Source of the DNA: Verrucomicrobiota bacterium
Lineage (GTDB): Bacteria; Verrucomicrobiota; Verrucomicrobiia; Limisphaerales; UBA9464
Direction: 5' to 3'
Length of the DNA: 46,815 nucleotides
Assembly (NCBI GenBank): GCA_043788645.1
Contig: JAYVTS010000253.1
Coordinates: 1-46,815, forward strand
Shown: piece by piece, positions 17,390-28,240 of the stretch
How positions within the stretch are numbered: the stretch's first letter is position 1
Layout of the letters: every line of letters starts with the position of its first letter
Notes under the pieces: generated by a model
What the model was told of the DNA's origin: nothing
Seen by the model: only the letters and a program-made list of their open reading frames with translations
Database searches by the model: none
Translations under genes and position numbers: made by a program

Positions 17390-18766
17390 ATGGCGCATTC
17401 ATTCACGAGAAGAACCCGCTGGCAGGCTGCGCCTCCGGGCTTCGTTGGGCGCCTCGCCTCTCTGTCGGCGGTCCTCCTCGGAATCGTCTTAAACGCCGCC
17501 GAGCCAGCCGTCATCAATCGGGATAATGGGCTACGGCCAGCGGTCCCGAAAATTGAAGCGGAAACGGCTGCACTCAAGGAAGACGCCGTCGAAACGGCAG
17601 TCCAACTCGCGAAGGCTTATCCCGAAGATGCCCTTGCCTACGCCTTACTCGGAGCCGCGTACTACAACGTTGGCCGATCCGGAGAAGCCACCAAACATCT
17701 GCAAAAATGCCTCGCCCTGAATCCGAACCAGGCCGATGCGTATGAAATCTTGGCGCGCGTTGCCTACGAAAAGGGGAACCTGGAAGAATCCGGACAGCTC
17801 TGTCGCGAGGCCTTGAAGCGAGGCCCGGCTAACCCGGACGTTCTCAACCAACTCGGTCGCGCCTTGATGGATCTTGGCAAAACAGACGAGGCTATTCAGG
17901 GACTGCAGCAAGCCGCGGGAATCCCCAATGCGCCCAGTCAAAGCTTTTACTGGCTAGGCCAAGCCTATCTTCAGGCCGGGAATTTTGCGCAAGGCAAAAT
18001 CAATTTCCAAAAAGCCATTGCGATTCTTCCTGACCACACTCAGGCCTATTTTGCACTTTATCGAGCCTGCCAGGCTTTGGGACAGACTGAAGAAGCTCAA
18101 CGCCATCGTGAACAGTTCGTCCAGCTGGAGGCGATTGATCGAAATTCCCTGACCGAGCAGAGCGCTCAGATGGATACCCTGACCGGGTTGCCGCAAGTTC
18201 AGTCGACCGTCGCGAGGACCTTCTTCGGCGCCGCCCAGGTTTACCGCCTTCACCAACAACCCGCGAAGGCAGCCGAATTGTTTCAAAAAGCCGCAAGCTT
18301 AGACACCGGCAACGGGAGCTATCGAGGGGCGTTGGAATCGCATTATGTTCAAAGCAAAATGTTACCGGAAGGAGTGGCCGCCTTCGAAAAGTTGTCGGCC
18401 GGACAGCCGACCAATCACCTCAACCAGTTTTTCCTCGGGAGATTGCACGCCCGGCTCGACCACCTGGAGGCCGCCGTAAGTGCTTTCCGGAAAGTGCAAG
18501 AACTGGCTCCGAATTGGGCGGAGGGCTACCGTGCGCTGGCCGATCTGGAAGTGCGGAACAACCGAAATCTTTCCGAAGCCCTCACCCTGGCTCGGAAAGC
18601 GGCCGAATTGGAACCGGCAGCGCCCCACTTCTATCTCCTGGCCGTTGCCTGCGTTAAGAACCATGATCATTCCGGTGCCTTGGAAGCAATCAACCGAGCC
18701 TTGGCTCTGGCTCCAGGAGAGAAACGGTATCGAGAAATCCTCGAACAAATCAGCCAGTCTCCTTAA
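17390..18766 (+). CDS. Secreted TPR protein
   Basis: Signal-like N-terminus; many TPR repeats (AYALLGAAYY, ALNPNQADAY, LAPNWAEGY). Confidence 0.88.
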   Translation: MAHSFTRRTRWQAAPPGFVGRLASLSAVLLGIVLNAAEPAVINRDNGLRPAVPKIEAETAALKEDAVETAVQLAKAYPEDALAYALLGAAYYNVGRSGEATKHLQKCLALNPNQADAYEILARVAYEKGNLEESGQLCREALKRGPANPDVLNQLGRALMDLGKTDEAIQGLQQAAGIPNAPSQSFYWLGQAYLQAGNFAQGKINFQKAIAILPDHTQAYFALYRACQALGQTEEAQRHREQFVQLEAIDRNSLTEQSAQMDTLTGLPQVQSTVARTFFGAAQVYRLHQQPAKAAELFQKAASLDTGNGSYRGALESHYVQSKMLPEGVAAFEKLSAGQPTNHLNQFFLGRLHARLDHLEAAVSAFRKVQELAPNWAEGYRALADLEVRNNRNLSEALTLARKAAELEPAAPHFYLLAVACVKNHDHSGALEAINRALALAPGEKRYREILEQISQSP

Positions 18767-18839
18767 ATAGATCTCGCCACCCGGGTTTTGGTGTCTGACT
18801 CTCCACTCAATCCAGTTACCGCTCGCGATTTTTACCGTC

Positions 18840-20582
18840 ATGGCCAACAGAAACACCTCGCACTCCCTACGAACGATCCGTGGTGTTTTTTTTTCAATTC
18901 TACCTTGTTTTAGGCTCGTCCTCGCGCTGTGCCTCGCTGTCAATCGTACGACGGCTGCTGATTCAAAAGGCACCATTCAACTCCGTGATGTGACTCGATC
19001 TTCGGGTATCACCTTCGTCCACACCGACGGAAGTTCTGGGCGTCATTACATCGTCGAGACCGTCGCCAGCGGGCTGGCGCTCTTCGACTACAATGGAGAC
19101 GGACTGATTGATATTTATTTTCTGAATGGTCGTCCGCTCGCAGATACAAATGCTCCGGCCACCCGTAATGCGCTTTACCGAAATGATGGGAACTGGCATT
19201 TTACAGACGTCACCGAACAGGCCGGAGTCGAAGGCACCGGCTATGGTTTGGGGGTTTGCGTAGGTGACTATAATAATGATGGTCACCCAGACCTGTACGT
19301 CAACAATTTTGGACGGAATGTCCTTTATCGGAACAACGGGAACGGCACCTTTACTGACGTGACCCGGCAAGTCGGCCTGGAACTCGACCATCATGTGGGT
19401 GGCGGAGCCGCTTTCTTGGATATCGATGGTGATGGAAAACTGGACTTGTTCGTAGCGAACTACGTGGACTTCAATTTCGAGAACCACCGGGTTTCCTACA
19501 TGAATGGCCTACCGGCCTACGTTGGCCCGCTGCACTATCCGGCCACGGCGGGCGTTTTGTATCACAACAATGGCGATGGCACCTTTACTGACGTCAGTGT
19601 TGCGTCGGGCATTGCGGCACACCTGGGAGCAGGAATGGGGGTGATTTGTGCCGACTATGACCATGACGGGGATACCGACATCATCGTGGGTAACGATATG
19701 CGCCCAAATTTCGTTTTTCAGAACGACGGCAAAGGGCACTTCAAGGAAGTCGGCGGGCTTTTGGGATTGGCGTACGCCGCACTCGGCCACGTCCACGGCA
19801 CGATGGGAGTGGAGTGCGCTGATTGGAACAACGACGGCTGGTTGGATTTTTATATGACCGCCTATCAGCGGCAACTTTCGACCCTTTATCAAAGCAAGGG
19901 TGGTGCCTATTTTGACGACGTTACCCGCCAAACCGGCGCGGGTACGGGAACCTATCCCAACGTCACCTGGGGCACCGGCATGGTCGACTTTGATAACGAC
20001 GGATACCGCGACATTTTTATCGCCTGCGGACACCTCATCGACAACGTCGAAAAGTTCGACGACACCACTGGCTATGCCGAGCGGAACATTCTTCTGCGGA
20101 ACAATACTCAAGGCAAGTTCGTCGACGTTTCAGATCAGGCGGGCGACGGATTATTGCCCAAGCTGAGCAGTCGGGGAGCCGCTTTTGATGATTTGGACAA
20201 TGATGGACGCGTCGACGTCGTCGTCCTCAATTCGAGGCGGGAACCCACCCTATTACGAAACGTTTCCAGCGCGACGAATCATTGGCTCCAAGTCCAGCTG
20301 CGGGGAACCAAATCAAACCGGGACGGCATCGGTGCGCAGGTCCGGGTTCGGGCGGGTGACTTCACTTCAATGGACGAAGTTCATAGCGGCCGTAGTTATC
20401 AGAGTGACTTCGGAAAACGGCTCCACTTTGGCCTCGGCCAGCGCAGCAAAATCGATGAAATCCAGGTGAATTGGATCGGCGGCGGAGTCGATATCATTCG
20501 CAATGTGAGCGTTGATCGGCGGGTGTTGATCGTAGAAGGCAGCGGCGTTGTGACGGGGACCGAAGGGACCCCACCACGATGA
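18840..20582 (+). CDS. CRTAC1/ASPIC-UnbV FG-GAP repeat protein (paralog 1)
   Basis: Repeated DYNxDGxxD motifs; NRDGIGAQV..SGRSYQS..LHFGLG ASPIC/UnbV C-terminus. Confidence 0.92.
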   Translation: MANRNTSHSLRTIRGVFFSILPCFRLVLALCLAVNRTTAADSKGTIQLRDVTRSSGITFVHTDGSSGRHYIVETVASGLALFDYNGDGLIDIYFLNGRPLADTNAPATRNALYRNDGNWHFTDVTEQAGVEGTGYGLGVCVGDYNNDGHPDLYVNNFGRNVLYRNNGNGTFTDVTRQVGLELDHHVGGGAAFLDIDGDGKLDLFVANYVDFNFENHRVSYMNGLPAYVGPLHYPATAGVLYHNNGDGTFTDVSVASGIAAHLGAGMGVICADYDHDGDTDIIVGNDMRPNFVFQNDGKGHFKEVGGLLGLAYAALGHVHGTMGVECADWNNDGWLDFYMTAYQRQLSTLYQSKGGAYFDDVTRQTGAGTGTYPNVTWGTGMVDFDNDGYRDIFIACGHLIDNVEKFDDTTGYAERNILLRNNTQGKFVDVSDQAGDGLLPKLSSRGAAFDDLDNDGRVDVVVLNSRREPTLLRNVSSATNHWLQVQLRGTKSNRDGIGAQVRVRAGDFTSMDEVHSGRSYQSDFGKRLHFGLGQRSKIDEIQVNWIGGGVDIIRNVSVDRRVLIVEGSGVVTGTEGTPPR

Positions 20583-22300
20583 ACTCGGGATTACGTCGCG
20601 GCCCCGGTGGGCGAACCATCAGGAGCCCTCTAAAGGGTCCGCTCGCGTGGCTTGGGGTTTGGTTTTCGTTCATCGGTACTCCGCTGCTTCTGAGGGCTGA
20701 GCTGGTCTCCCCGATTCTCCTTCGTGACGCCACGGCTCAAACAGGAATCCATTTTGTCCACACTGACGGCGGTTCCGGTCGGCGCTATATCGTCGAAAGC
20801 GTGGCCAGCGGTTTGGCCCTCTTCGACTATAACGGCGACGGCCTGATCGATATCTATTTCCTGAACGGAACGGCCCTTCCCGGTTCTCCGGCCGGACCGC
20901 GCCCTCGGAGTGCCCTCTATCGGAATGAGGGTCACATGAAGTTCACCGACGTGACGGCGCCAGCGGGCGTCGGCGGAACGGGCTTTGCGCTGGGGGTCTG
21001 TATCGGCGACTACAACAACGACGGCAACCCGGATATCTACGTCAACAATTTCGGCCCCAATGTCCTGTATCGAAATAATGGAGATGGCACATTTACCGAT
21101 GTCACTCAGGCAGCCGGAGTTGCCAATGGAAGCAAGTTAGGTGCGGGGGCGAGTTTTCTCGATATCGATGGCGATGGCTACCTGGATCTATTTGTGGCCG
21201 ATTACTGTGATTTCACGTTCGCTAAGCATCAGAATCGTTTTATCAACGGCCATCAAGCCTATAGCGGTCCGGCGATTTACGGTCCCGTGTCGGCCACGCT
21301 TTTCCATAATAACCGCGACGGTACCTTTACGGATATCAGTCGGGAATCAGGGATTGCCGCCCATGCCGGCACCGGGATGGGCGTGGTCTGTGCCGATATC
21401 GACAATGACGGGGACACCGACATCATTGTCGGCAACGATGGCATGGCCAATTTTGTCTGGCGGAATGACGGCCAGGGACATTTCGAGGAGATCGGACTTT
21501 TCTCCGGACTGGCCTACGACCGAAACGGCGTCGGGTTAGGAACTATGGGAGTGGAATGCGGTGACTACGATAACGATGGTCGCCTGGATTTCTATATGAC
21601 CCATTATCAAAAGCAGTGGGGAATTCTATACCGTAACTTGGGGAAAAATCTGTTCGAGGATGTGACTCATCTGACGGGTGCTGGCGCCGGAACGTACAAT
21701 CAGGTGACTTGGGGGGTCGGTCTGGTCGATTTTGATAACAACGGTGATCGCGACCTCTTCATCGCCTGCGGACACATCCAAGACAATGTTGGACTCTGGG
21801 ATGACACGACCAGCTACGAGGCCCGCAACCTATTGCTAGAGAATAGGGGACACGGAAAGTTTCAGGATGTTTCCGCGCGCTCTGGTGATGGAATGGCGTT
21901 GAAACGCAGTGGTCGAGGCGTTGCTTTCGACGATCTGGATAACGACGGACGGATCGATGTGGTCGTCCTGAACTCCCGCCGGGAACCCACCATTCTCCAT
22001 AATGAAAGCCCGGGGCAGAATCATTGGCTGGGCGTGAAATTGAAGGGAACTAGCACCAACCGGGACGGAATCGGCGCGCGCATCAAGGTCGTCTCCGATG
22101 ACTTGACGCAGATTGACGAGGTTCACAGTGGCCGGAGCTATCAAAGCAGTTACGGGATGTATCCGCATTTTGGTCTAGGGAAACGCAAGCACATCGAAAG
22201 GATTGAAGTTCGCTGGGTTGGGGGAGGGACCAATCTGGTAGAGAATATCGATGCGGACCGAGTCGTCACGATTACCGAAAGCAAGCCCAATCCGAAATGA
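20579..22300 (+). CDS. CRTAC1/ASPIC-UnbV FG-GAP repeat protein (paralog 2)
   Basis: Same architecture, colinear with upstream paralog; ATGA overlap. Confidence 0.92.
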   Translation: MNSGLRRGPGGRTIRSPLKGPLAWLGVWFSFIGTPLLLRAELVSPILLRDATAQTGIHFVHTDGGSGRRYIVESVASGLALFDYNGDGLIDIYFLNGTALPGSPAGPRPRSALYRNEGHMKFTDVTAPAGVGGTGFALGVCIGDYNNDGNPDIYVNNFGPNVLYRNNGDGTFTDVTQAAGVANGSKLGAGASFLDIDGDGYLDLFVADYCDFTFAKHQNRFINGHQAYSGPAIYGPVSATLFHNNRDGTFTDISRESGIAAHAGTGMGVVCADIDNDGDTDIIVGNDGMANFVWRNDGQGHFEEIGLFSGLAYDRNGVGLGTMGVECGDYDNDGRLDFYMTHYQKQWGILYRNLGKNLFEDVTHLTGAGAGTYNQVTWGVGLVDFDNNGDRDLFIACGHIQDNVGLWDDTTSYEARNLLLENRGHGKFQDVSARSGDGMALKRSGRGVAFDDLDNDGRIDVVVLNSRREPTILHNESPGQNHWLGVKLKGTSTNRDGIGARIKVVSDDLTQIDEVHSGRSYQSSYGMYPHFGLGKRKHIERIEVRWVGGGTNLVENIDADRVVTITESKPNPK

Positions 22301-22383
22301 CGGCGGGGTTGCGTCGGGAAAGGGCGAGAGAGTTTGTCTCACCGGAAAAACGAACTAGGATTTCTGATCAGTCAGCTCCTTTT

Positions 22384-22755
22384 TTGAAACTGTTATTTGT
22401 CTGTTCTCGAAATCAAAAACGCAGTCTCACGGCGGAACAGTGTTTCCGGGGTGATCAGAGATTTGTCGTGCGTAGTGCCGGTACCGAACCCAGCGCCCGA
22501 CGGCGGGTGACTCCCGGTGATCTAGGGTGGGCCGATGCCGTTTTGGTGATGGAGAAGAAACACGCCGCTTATCTCCGTGAACGTTTCCCGGAGGAAATGG
22601 GGGGCAAGCACGTCGTCATTATGGCCATTCCAGACGAATACGACTGCGGTGATCCCGACCTCATCACGATGTTGAAAAGCCGTGTGGAAGAGGAATTCGG
22701 GGCGACGACTGAATCCACCGTCGGCGAAAATCAAGACGGGTCACCCGACGTTTAG
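22384..22755 (+). CDS. Low-molecular-weight protein tyrosine phosphatase-like protein
   Basis: LLFVCSRNQKRSLTAE (CX5R), VRSAGT, WADAVLVME, IPDEY; start uncertain (22297 or TTG 22384). Confidence 0.85.
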   Translation: MKLLFVCSRNQKRSLTAEQCFRGDQRFVVRSAGTEPSARRRVTPGDLGWADAVLVMEKKHAAYLRERFPEEMGGKHVVIMAIPDEYDCGDPDLITMLKSRVEEEFGATTESTVGENQDGSPDV

Positions 22756-24246
22756 TTCTTGTTTGATACCAAATTTTTCGACCCGCTTGCGCAAGGTTGC
22801 CCGGGTAATACCCAGTAGCTTAGCCGCCTGAACCTGGTTGCCGCGGGTTTCCTTCAGTGCTTCGATCACGAGTTCTCGTTCGACCGTGGGCAATACTTTC
22901 AGCTTGGGATCGATGCGTGCGTATCGAAACAGAGTTTGTGCCAACTCGGATACTGTTAGTTGGGCCGACCTCGCCGATACCGGGCCTGAAATGAGGGGGG
23001 CCGAGGTAGCCGCGGCCGCCGCGGGCGATGCACCCACGGTTCCATTGGGGGTCGGGATCGCGGGTGTTGAGGCGGGGATGACATGAGCAATCTCGTTCGG
23101 AAGATCGGCGAGCAGGATGGCCGACCCTTTGGCCACCACCGTGGCGCGGCGTACGATGTTTTCGAGTTCACGCACGTTGCCCGGCCAATGATAGGATTCC
23201 AGTGCCGCCAAGGCAGACGCTGCCAAATTACGCGGTTTACTTCCTGGCTGGGTTAGTTTTCGTAGGAAATAATCCACCAACAATCGGATGTCTTCGCGCC
23301 GTTCCCGCAAGGGAGGTAACGGAATGCGGACCACGTTTAAGCGATAGAACAAATCTTCGCGGAAAAGCTTTTGTTCGACGGCTTGTTCCAAAGGTTTGTT
23401 GGTAGCCGCGATGATGCGAACGTCGGCCTTAACGGTTTGATTTCCGCCAACTCGCTCGAAGGTACCGTTTTGCAAGACCCGCAAGATCTTGGTTTGCGTG
23501 GCCAAAGGCATGTCCCCGATTTCATCGAGGAAGAGGGTGCCGCCATTTCCTTGCTCGAATTTACCAATGCGCTGCGCTGACGCTCCGGTAAAAGCACCTT
23601 TCTCGTGCCCAAAGAGTTCGGATTCGAGCAGGTTTTCTGGGATCGCCGCGCAGTTCAGGGCGATGAACGGTTGTTGAGCGCGCCGACTGTTTTGATAGAT
23701 CGCTCGGGCCACTAATTCTTTGCCGGTGCCGCTTTCGCCGGTCACCAAAACTGTCGCATCGGACCCCGATACTTGCCCGATCAACTTAAAAACCTGGTGC
23801 ATGGACTCGCTGCGGCCCACGACTCCCAGGTCGTAATCGGGCTGCTCCAGGAGGGGTTGGAGGACGACGGTTTGCTTCATCTCCCGGGCCGTTCGCAAGG
23901 CACTTTCAACCAGCTGCTTGAGCTTCGGGACGTCGAATGGTTTTAAGACATAATCGAACGCCCCGAGCTTCATGGCTTCGATCGCCATTTGGGTCGTGCC
24001 GTACGCGGTCATTAGGATGACGGGCAAACGGGCGTCCGTCTGGCGGATGCGCCGCAAGGTTTCGAGGCCGGTCAGACCCGCCATGCGAATGTCGGAAATG
24101 ACCAAGTCCGGTTTGACCTGAGCGAGGAGCTTGAGCCCTTCATCTCCGCTGGAGGCGGTGTGCAGTTCGAGGTTAGGGGATTCAAAAATCCGACGAAAAC
24201 TGTACTGCACATCTACCTCGTCATCGATCAGCAGAAGTTTTTCCAT
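22741..24246 (-). CDS. Sigma54-dependent response regulator (NtrC/AtoC family)
   Basis: Receiver IDDE/SDIRM, GESGTGKE, GAFTGA, LFLDEIG, WPGNVREL, Fis HTH GNQVQAAKLLGI. Confidence 0.95.
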   Translation of the reverse strand: MEKLLLIDDEVDVQYSFRRIFESPNLELHTASSGDEGLKLLAQVKPDLVISDIRMAGLTGLETLRRIRQTDARLPVILMTAYGTTQMAIEAMKLGAFDYVLKPFDVPKLKQLVESALRTAREMKQTVVLQPLLEQPDYDLGVVGRSESMHQVFKLIGQVSGSDATVLVTGESGTGKELVARAIYQNSRRAQQPFIALNCAAIPENLLESELFGHEKGAFTGASAQRIGKFEQGNGGTLFLDEIGDMPLATQTKILRVLQNGTFERVGGNQTVKADVRIIAATNKPLEQAVEQKLFREDLFYRLNVVRIPLPPLRERREDIRLLVDYFLRKLTQPGSKPRNLAASALAALESYHWPGNVRELENIVRRATVVAKGSAILLADLPNEIAHVIPASTPAIPTPNGTVGASPAAAAATSAPLISGPVSARSAQLTVSELAQTLFRYARIDPKLKVLPTVERELVIEALKETRGNQVQAAKLLGITRATLRKRVEKFGIKQELNVG

Positions 24247-24539
24247 CGAGCCAATAGTCTAGCGGTGAGCCAGAAAAGGCCAAATCGAACCGGGACGAAT
24301 TATCAGGGATCCAACGACGACCCAAAGCGCTCGGGTACAGCGTTCAAACCGAAGGATTCCACACGGCGGCATCGTGGGTCAAAAGGCTCAGTCCGGAAGA
24401 AAATAGAAAGGTTTTGGTCCAGAATGCGGGGTATTCGCAGGAAGCGCGCAAACATCGGGAAGCCAAAGGTCTGAGTTATTTCGGCGAGGATGGATTGCCT
24501 TTTTGGTTCAGTTCATTGGCAGAAGAAAACGATTTCATG

Positions 24540-25571
24540 TCATTTTGTGACCGGATTGACCAAGGCAACGGTCCCATCTTGACCACCCACTATGAGGGTT
24601 CTGTCGTTTCGGGACCACAGGACGGCGGTGAGGGGCGCCGCGAACTGGCTTTCCCCCAGGGGCGCCGGATACTTAGCGTTCCACCAGAGCAATCGTCCAT
24701 CCTGGCCACCGCTAGCCAGTAAGTGTCCCTCGGATTGATAGGCCAGAGCGGCAATTCGAGCGGTGTGCCCCACCAGAATTTGCGGGGTTGTCCCCGAGGG
24801 GCCTTCTCCGCTGAAATCCCACACTAGGATCTGCTGGTCGCCACCGGTCGCCAAATATTTTCCGGAATAGTGCCACGCCAGCTCTCGCACTTTGAACGGG
24901 TAACCACTCATCGCTAACTCATCGCCCTCATGAAATGGCAGGGGCCAAATCTGCACGCTCTTGTCTTGAGTTCCGGCCACGACCCACCGTTGGTCCGGCG
25001 ACCATCCTAACGAAACCAAACTTGTTTTCCAGGGGAGCAATTGCGTCGGTTGGCCCGTTGTGGTTTCATACAATTGCACCCCGCCGTAGCAAGCGATTCC
25101 CAAGACTTGGCCATCCGTTCGCCAACGGAGTCCGGTCACGGTACTCGCGTGGTTTTTAAACGTGTTTTTCCCGTCGAAGTCGGGGGTGAATAGGGTGACG
25201 ATTCGACCTGCGGCAACGGCGAGCCAAGCACCGGTGGGCGACCATTCGAGTTGTTCCACCCAGACGGTTCCGAGGGAAATTTGGCGCAATAATTTGCCGG
25301 TCGCGGGGTCCCAGAATTTCACCTGGCCGTCCGCGCCGCTACTTGCAATCAGGTTTTTTTTTGGATGCCACGCCACGCGAAATCCGCCGCTCGGGTGGGC
25401 GGCTAGCTCCTGGGATATCCGGCCGGTGGCAGCCTCGACGATCACCAGTTTTCCCTCCGTGGTGAGCGCGGCAATTTGCGCAGAATCCGGAGATCCGGTC
25501 AGGGCCATGATCGGTTCACCGAGGTGAAGGAACCATTCGGCGGGACGAGCGGGTTCAGAGGAAACAAGCAT
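24540..25571 (-). CDS. WD40-repeat beta-propeller protein
   Basis: Repeated H..LASGG.DG...W motifs; 10 bp downstream of COG0523 gene. Confidence 0.9.
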   Translation of the reverse strand: MLVSSEPARPAEWFLHLGEPIMALTGSPDSAQIAALTTEGKLVIVEAATGRISQELAAHPSGGFRVAWHPKKNLIASSGADGQVKFWDPATGKLLRQISLGTVWVEQLEWSPTGAWLAVAAGRIVTLFTPDFDGKNTFKNHASTVTGLRWRTDGQVLGIACYGGVQLYETTTGQPTQLLPWKTSLVSLGWSPDQRWVVAGTQDKSVQIWPLPFHEGDELAMSGYPFKVRELAWHYSGKYLATGGDQQILVWDFSGEGPSGTTPQILVGHTARIAALAYQSEGHLLASGGQDGRLLWWNAKYPAPLGESQFAAPLTAVLWSRNDRTLIVGGQDGTVALVNPVTK

Positions 25572-25581
25572 GACCTGGAGT

Positions 25582-27126
25582 CTACGCCAAACACCGGCGG
25601 AACCCTGCGTTCAATGCTTCCCGGTCAAGGTTGCGTCCAATGAACACGAGTTGATTTTTACGTTCGTCGGGGGATTTCCAGGCTCGATCCGGCTTGCCCT
25701 CGAAAAGCATGTGAACGCCTTGGAAAACAAACCGGTTTTCTTGCCCTTTGATATTGAGGATGCCCTTCATGCGGAAGATGTCTTGGCCCTTTGTCTGGAG
25801 GAGTTCACTCAGCCAAGAATTAAGTTTCTTCGCGTCCAACGGGCGAAGTTCTTCGATCCCAACACTCCCCACGGTTTCGTCGTGTTGATGATCATGGACG
25901 TGGCCGCCGTGATCGTGGGTGTGATTCGGAGTGATCTCTTGGCCGTCTTTCACCAATTTTCCAGAGAATTCCGCCAGCCCGTGTTGGGTAAATAGAGCGT
26001 AATTTCCATGAGCTGGAATCGTGACATTGAAACGGGTGATATCTTCGCTCAGCATGAGTTTGTACAGCTTTTTCCCCGGTTTGAGTTCACCGCCCTGGCG
26101 TACTGCGGTCGCGGGATAGCTGAATAATGCGGTCGCTTCATCCTCCGCATGATGAAGTGCGTCATGCAATCCACCGTGACATTCCTCACCGTGCGCAGCC
26201 TCGTGCCCCGGTTCGTGTTCGTGCGTATGGTCATGCCCGCATTCATGATCTGCTTCGTTTCCAGCGTGGTCCTGATCGTGATGATCACAACCGTGGTTTG
26301 AGTCTTGGTGCTCTCCTGCCTTCCCCTGGGCTGGTGGGTGAGCATGGGTTCCGAGCGAAAGTAAAACGACGCCCATGAAAGGATCCGGCCCCGGTTCCAG
26401 CACGAGCGAGTAGGGGCCATCGTCTAAGTGATAGGCTCCACTCCATTCAAAGGGTAAGTCCTTCTCGAGAAAATCGCCGTCGAGTGTCAGCTTATGATCC
26501 AAATCGAACGCGTGCAGGTTGATCACCTGATCGACGGAAAGGTTGGACTGAAACGTTCGATGGATCTTCGCGACGGGGTTGAGACCACGAATTCGTTTTT
26601 CGAGCGCGTTGAGTTCATCGCCGGTGACTAAGTCCGTCTTATTGAGAAGGATGCGATCAGCAAAAGCCACCTGTTCCTTGGCTTCGGGCGCGTCGTCGAT
26701 GTGCAAGACGATGTGTTTTGAGTCGACCAGAGTGACGATTCCATCAAGGCGAAACGCTTCCTTCAATTCTGGGTCACTGAAGAACGTTTGCGCTACGGGG
26801 CCTGGATCAGCCAAGCCGGTGGTTTCGATGAGGATATAGTCAAAGCGATCTTTGCGTTTGAGGAGTTGACCCAGAATTCGAATGAGATCGCCTCGTACGG
26901 TGCAGCACAGGCAACCGTTATTCATTTCGAAAATTTCTTCATCAGCCTTGATCACGAGTTCGTTGTCGATCCCGATTTCGCCGAATTCATTTTCGATGAC
27001 GGCGATCCGTTTGCCGTGATGGGCGGTGAGAATGTGGTTGAGCAACGTGGTTTTGCCGGCACCCAAAAAACCAGTGAGCACGGTCACTGGAATGCGACGG
27101 TCTGGAGCAGGAACGGAAGCAGCCAT
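25582..27126 (-). CDS. COG0523/CobW G3E GTPase metallochaperone with His-rich insert
   Basis: [32 protein letters not shown], CobW_C (RMKG..QGVH..LVFIGR); long His-rich tracts. Confidence 0.95.
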   Translation of the reverse strand: MAASVPAPDRRIPVTVLTGFLGAGKTTLLNHILTAHHGKRIAVIENEFGEIGIDNELVIKADEEIFEMNNGCLCCTVRGDLIRILGQLLKRKDRFDYILIETTGLADPGPVAQTFFSDPELKEAFRLDGIVTLVDSKHIVLHIDDAPEAKEQVAFADRILLNKTDLVTGDELNALEKRIRGLNPVAKIHRTFQSNLSVDQVINLHAFDLDHKLTLDGDFLEKDLPFEWSGAYHLDDGPYSLVLEPGPDPFMGVVLLSLGTHAHPPAQGKAGEHQDSNHGCDHHDQDHAGNEADHECGHDHTHEHEPGHEAAHGEECHGGLHDALHHAEDEATALFSYPATAVRQGGELKPGKKLYKLMLSEDITRFNVTIPAHGNYALFTQHGLAEFSGKLVKDGQEITPNHTHDHGGHVHDHQHDETVGSVGIEELRPLDAKKLNSWLSELLQTKGQDIFRMKGILNIKGQENRFVFQGVHMLFEGKPDRAWKSPDERKNQLVFIGRNLDREALNAGFRRCLA

Positions 27127-27148
27127 ATCAAATCAAGGGGTAGTGGAA

Positions 27149-27165
27149 CTGCGAAGCGTTTGCAA
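27149..27165. promoter_or_regulatory. Candidate Zur/Fur-family operator
   Basis: Imperfect 7-1-7 palindrome TGCGAAG-C-GTTTGCA about 23 bp upstream of the COG0523 start. Confidence 0.45.
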
Positions 27166-27596
27166 ATTCACCTGGTCTTGGGAGCGCGTCCAGTCCTCTC
27201 TCATCCTTCACCACAAATAGTGGTGTCTCCTAACCGCTCGTTTTGGCTGGCAGCCCCGGTTTTCGAGCCCAGCGTCCTGGGCGGGCGAGGTCTGGACTGA
27301 GCAAGTTCGCAAATTTTGCGATCAGGAACAATCGACGCGAGCCGCACCAGACTGCATCGCCTAAGATACCGGAGGGCTATGGAGGGTCATCGCCAGGGCG
27401 CCCCACCCATGCCGCTTAACTTTGCTACCAATCAATTCGCTTGAATCAAGCTCATTGGAGCCGCCGAACTCTCGATCGGCTCGTTTTCTAACGATGAATG
27501 GATTCCGGGGTTGGCGACGCCAAGTCGTCCCGGAGCACTGGTTGCGAGCATCCAATGCCCCAGCGCAACGAATACCAGGTCATCCTACGCCGCGTC

Positions 27597-28020
27597 ATTT
27601 TTTTATATATCAATCCTGTTAAAATGTATGAAAATTAAAATCATAGCGCCAGACAGCATTGATACATGTTATGTTAACTTGACTAAACATATTGTCAATA
27701 TAAATATCCAAGCATCATGTTAAAAATGTTTTTGAATTTGTGGTAATAATGATCATGGAACACAATCATTAAATATTGTCAATATAACAATATTGTTTTA
27801 ATATTTGTTTATTAGAATTCATTGGCAGATAGAATGTAAAATTAAAAATACTGACATAATATTTTAAGCCCAGAACCAAGAAATAATTAGCATGTAAATA
27901 TAAATTGACACTCATAATGCGCAATAATATAAACTGCCATGTTTTAAATTTGACTTTATCGTGTCGTGTCAATACAATAATCAAGTCATTATGAATGAGC
28001 ATGTGAGTGCCAATTAAATC
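27597..28020. other. AT-rich non-coding island with direct repeats
   Basis: About 20-30% GC by hand count of sample lines; ATATTGTCAATATAA at 27689 and 27773; multiple TTGAC/GTCAA. Confidence 0.85.
27905..27933 (+). promoter_or_regulatory. Near-consensus sigma70 promoter
   Basis: TTGACA-N17-TATAAA (chance matches are likelier in AT-rich DNA). Confidence 0.45.
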
Positions 28021-28240
28021 GCCTGGCGATTATGCGATTACGCTAAGAGGTCGCCCGGCAAAACTAGTTAACTACCGTCCGGCGTAGCGGCGGCGTTTGG
28101 GCGGCGCGAAGACTCACCCGTGCCAACACTTTTTTGGTCACCCACCGTTCAGCGATTCGTAGTGCATTCAGCATGACCAGAAGTCTTCATCATCAAAAGC
28201 CGATTGTTACGAAACCATTTTTACGGGTAAGGATGAGGTC

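Noticed and set aside
18840-22300. Repeated nucleotide motifs as a CRISPR-like array
   Set aside because: They are coding FG-GAP repeats in paralogous genes; no constant repeat-spacer period and no cas genes
27769-28002. 77-aa ORF in the AT-rich island
   Set aside because: Composition simply reflects AT richness; no recognisable motif
27597-28020. Replication origin (oriC)
   Set aside because: No TTATCCACA-like DnaA box cluster seen and no dnaA/dnaN/gidA context
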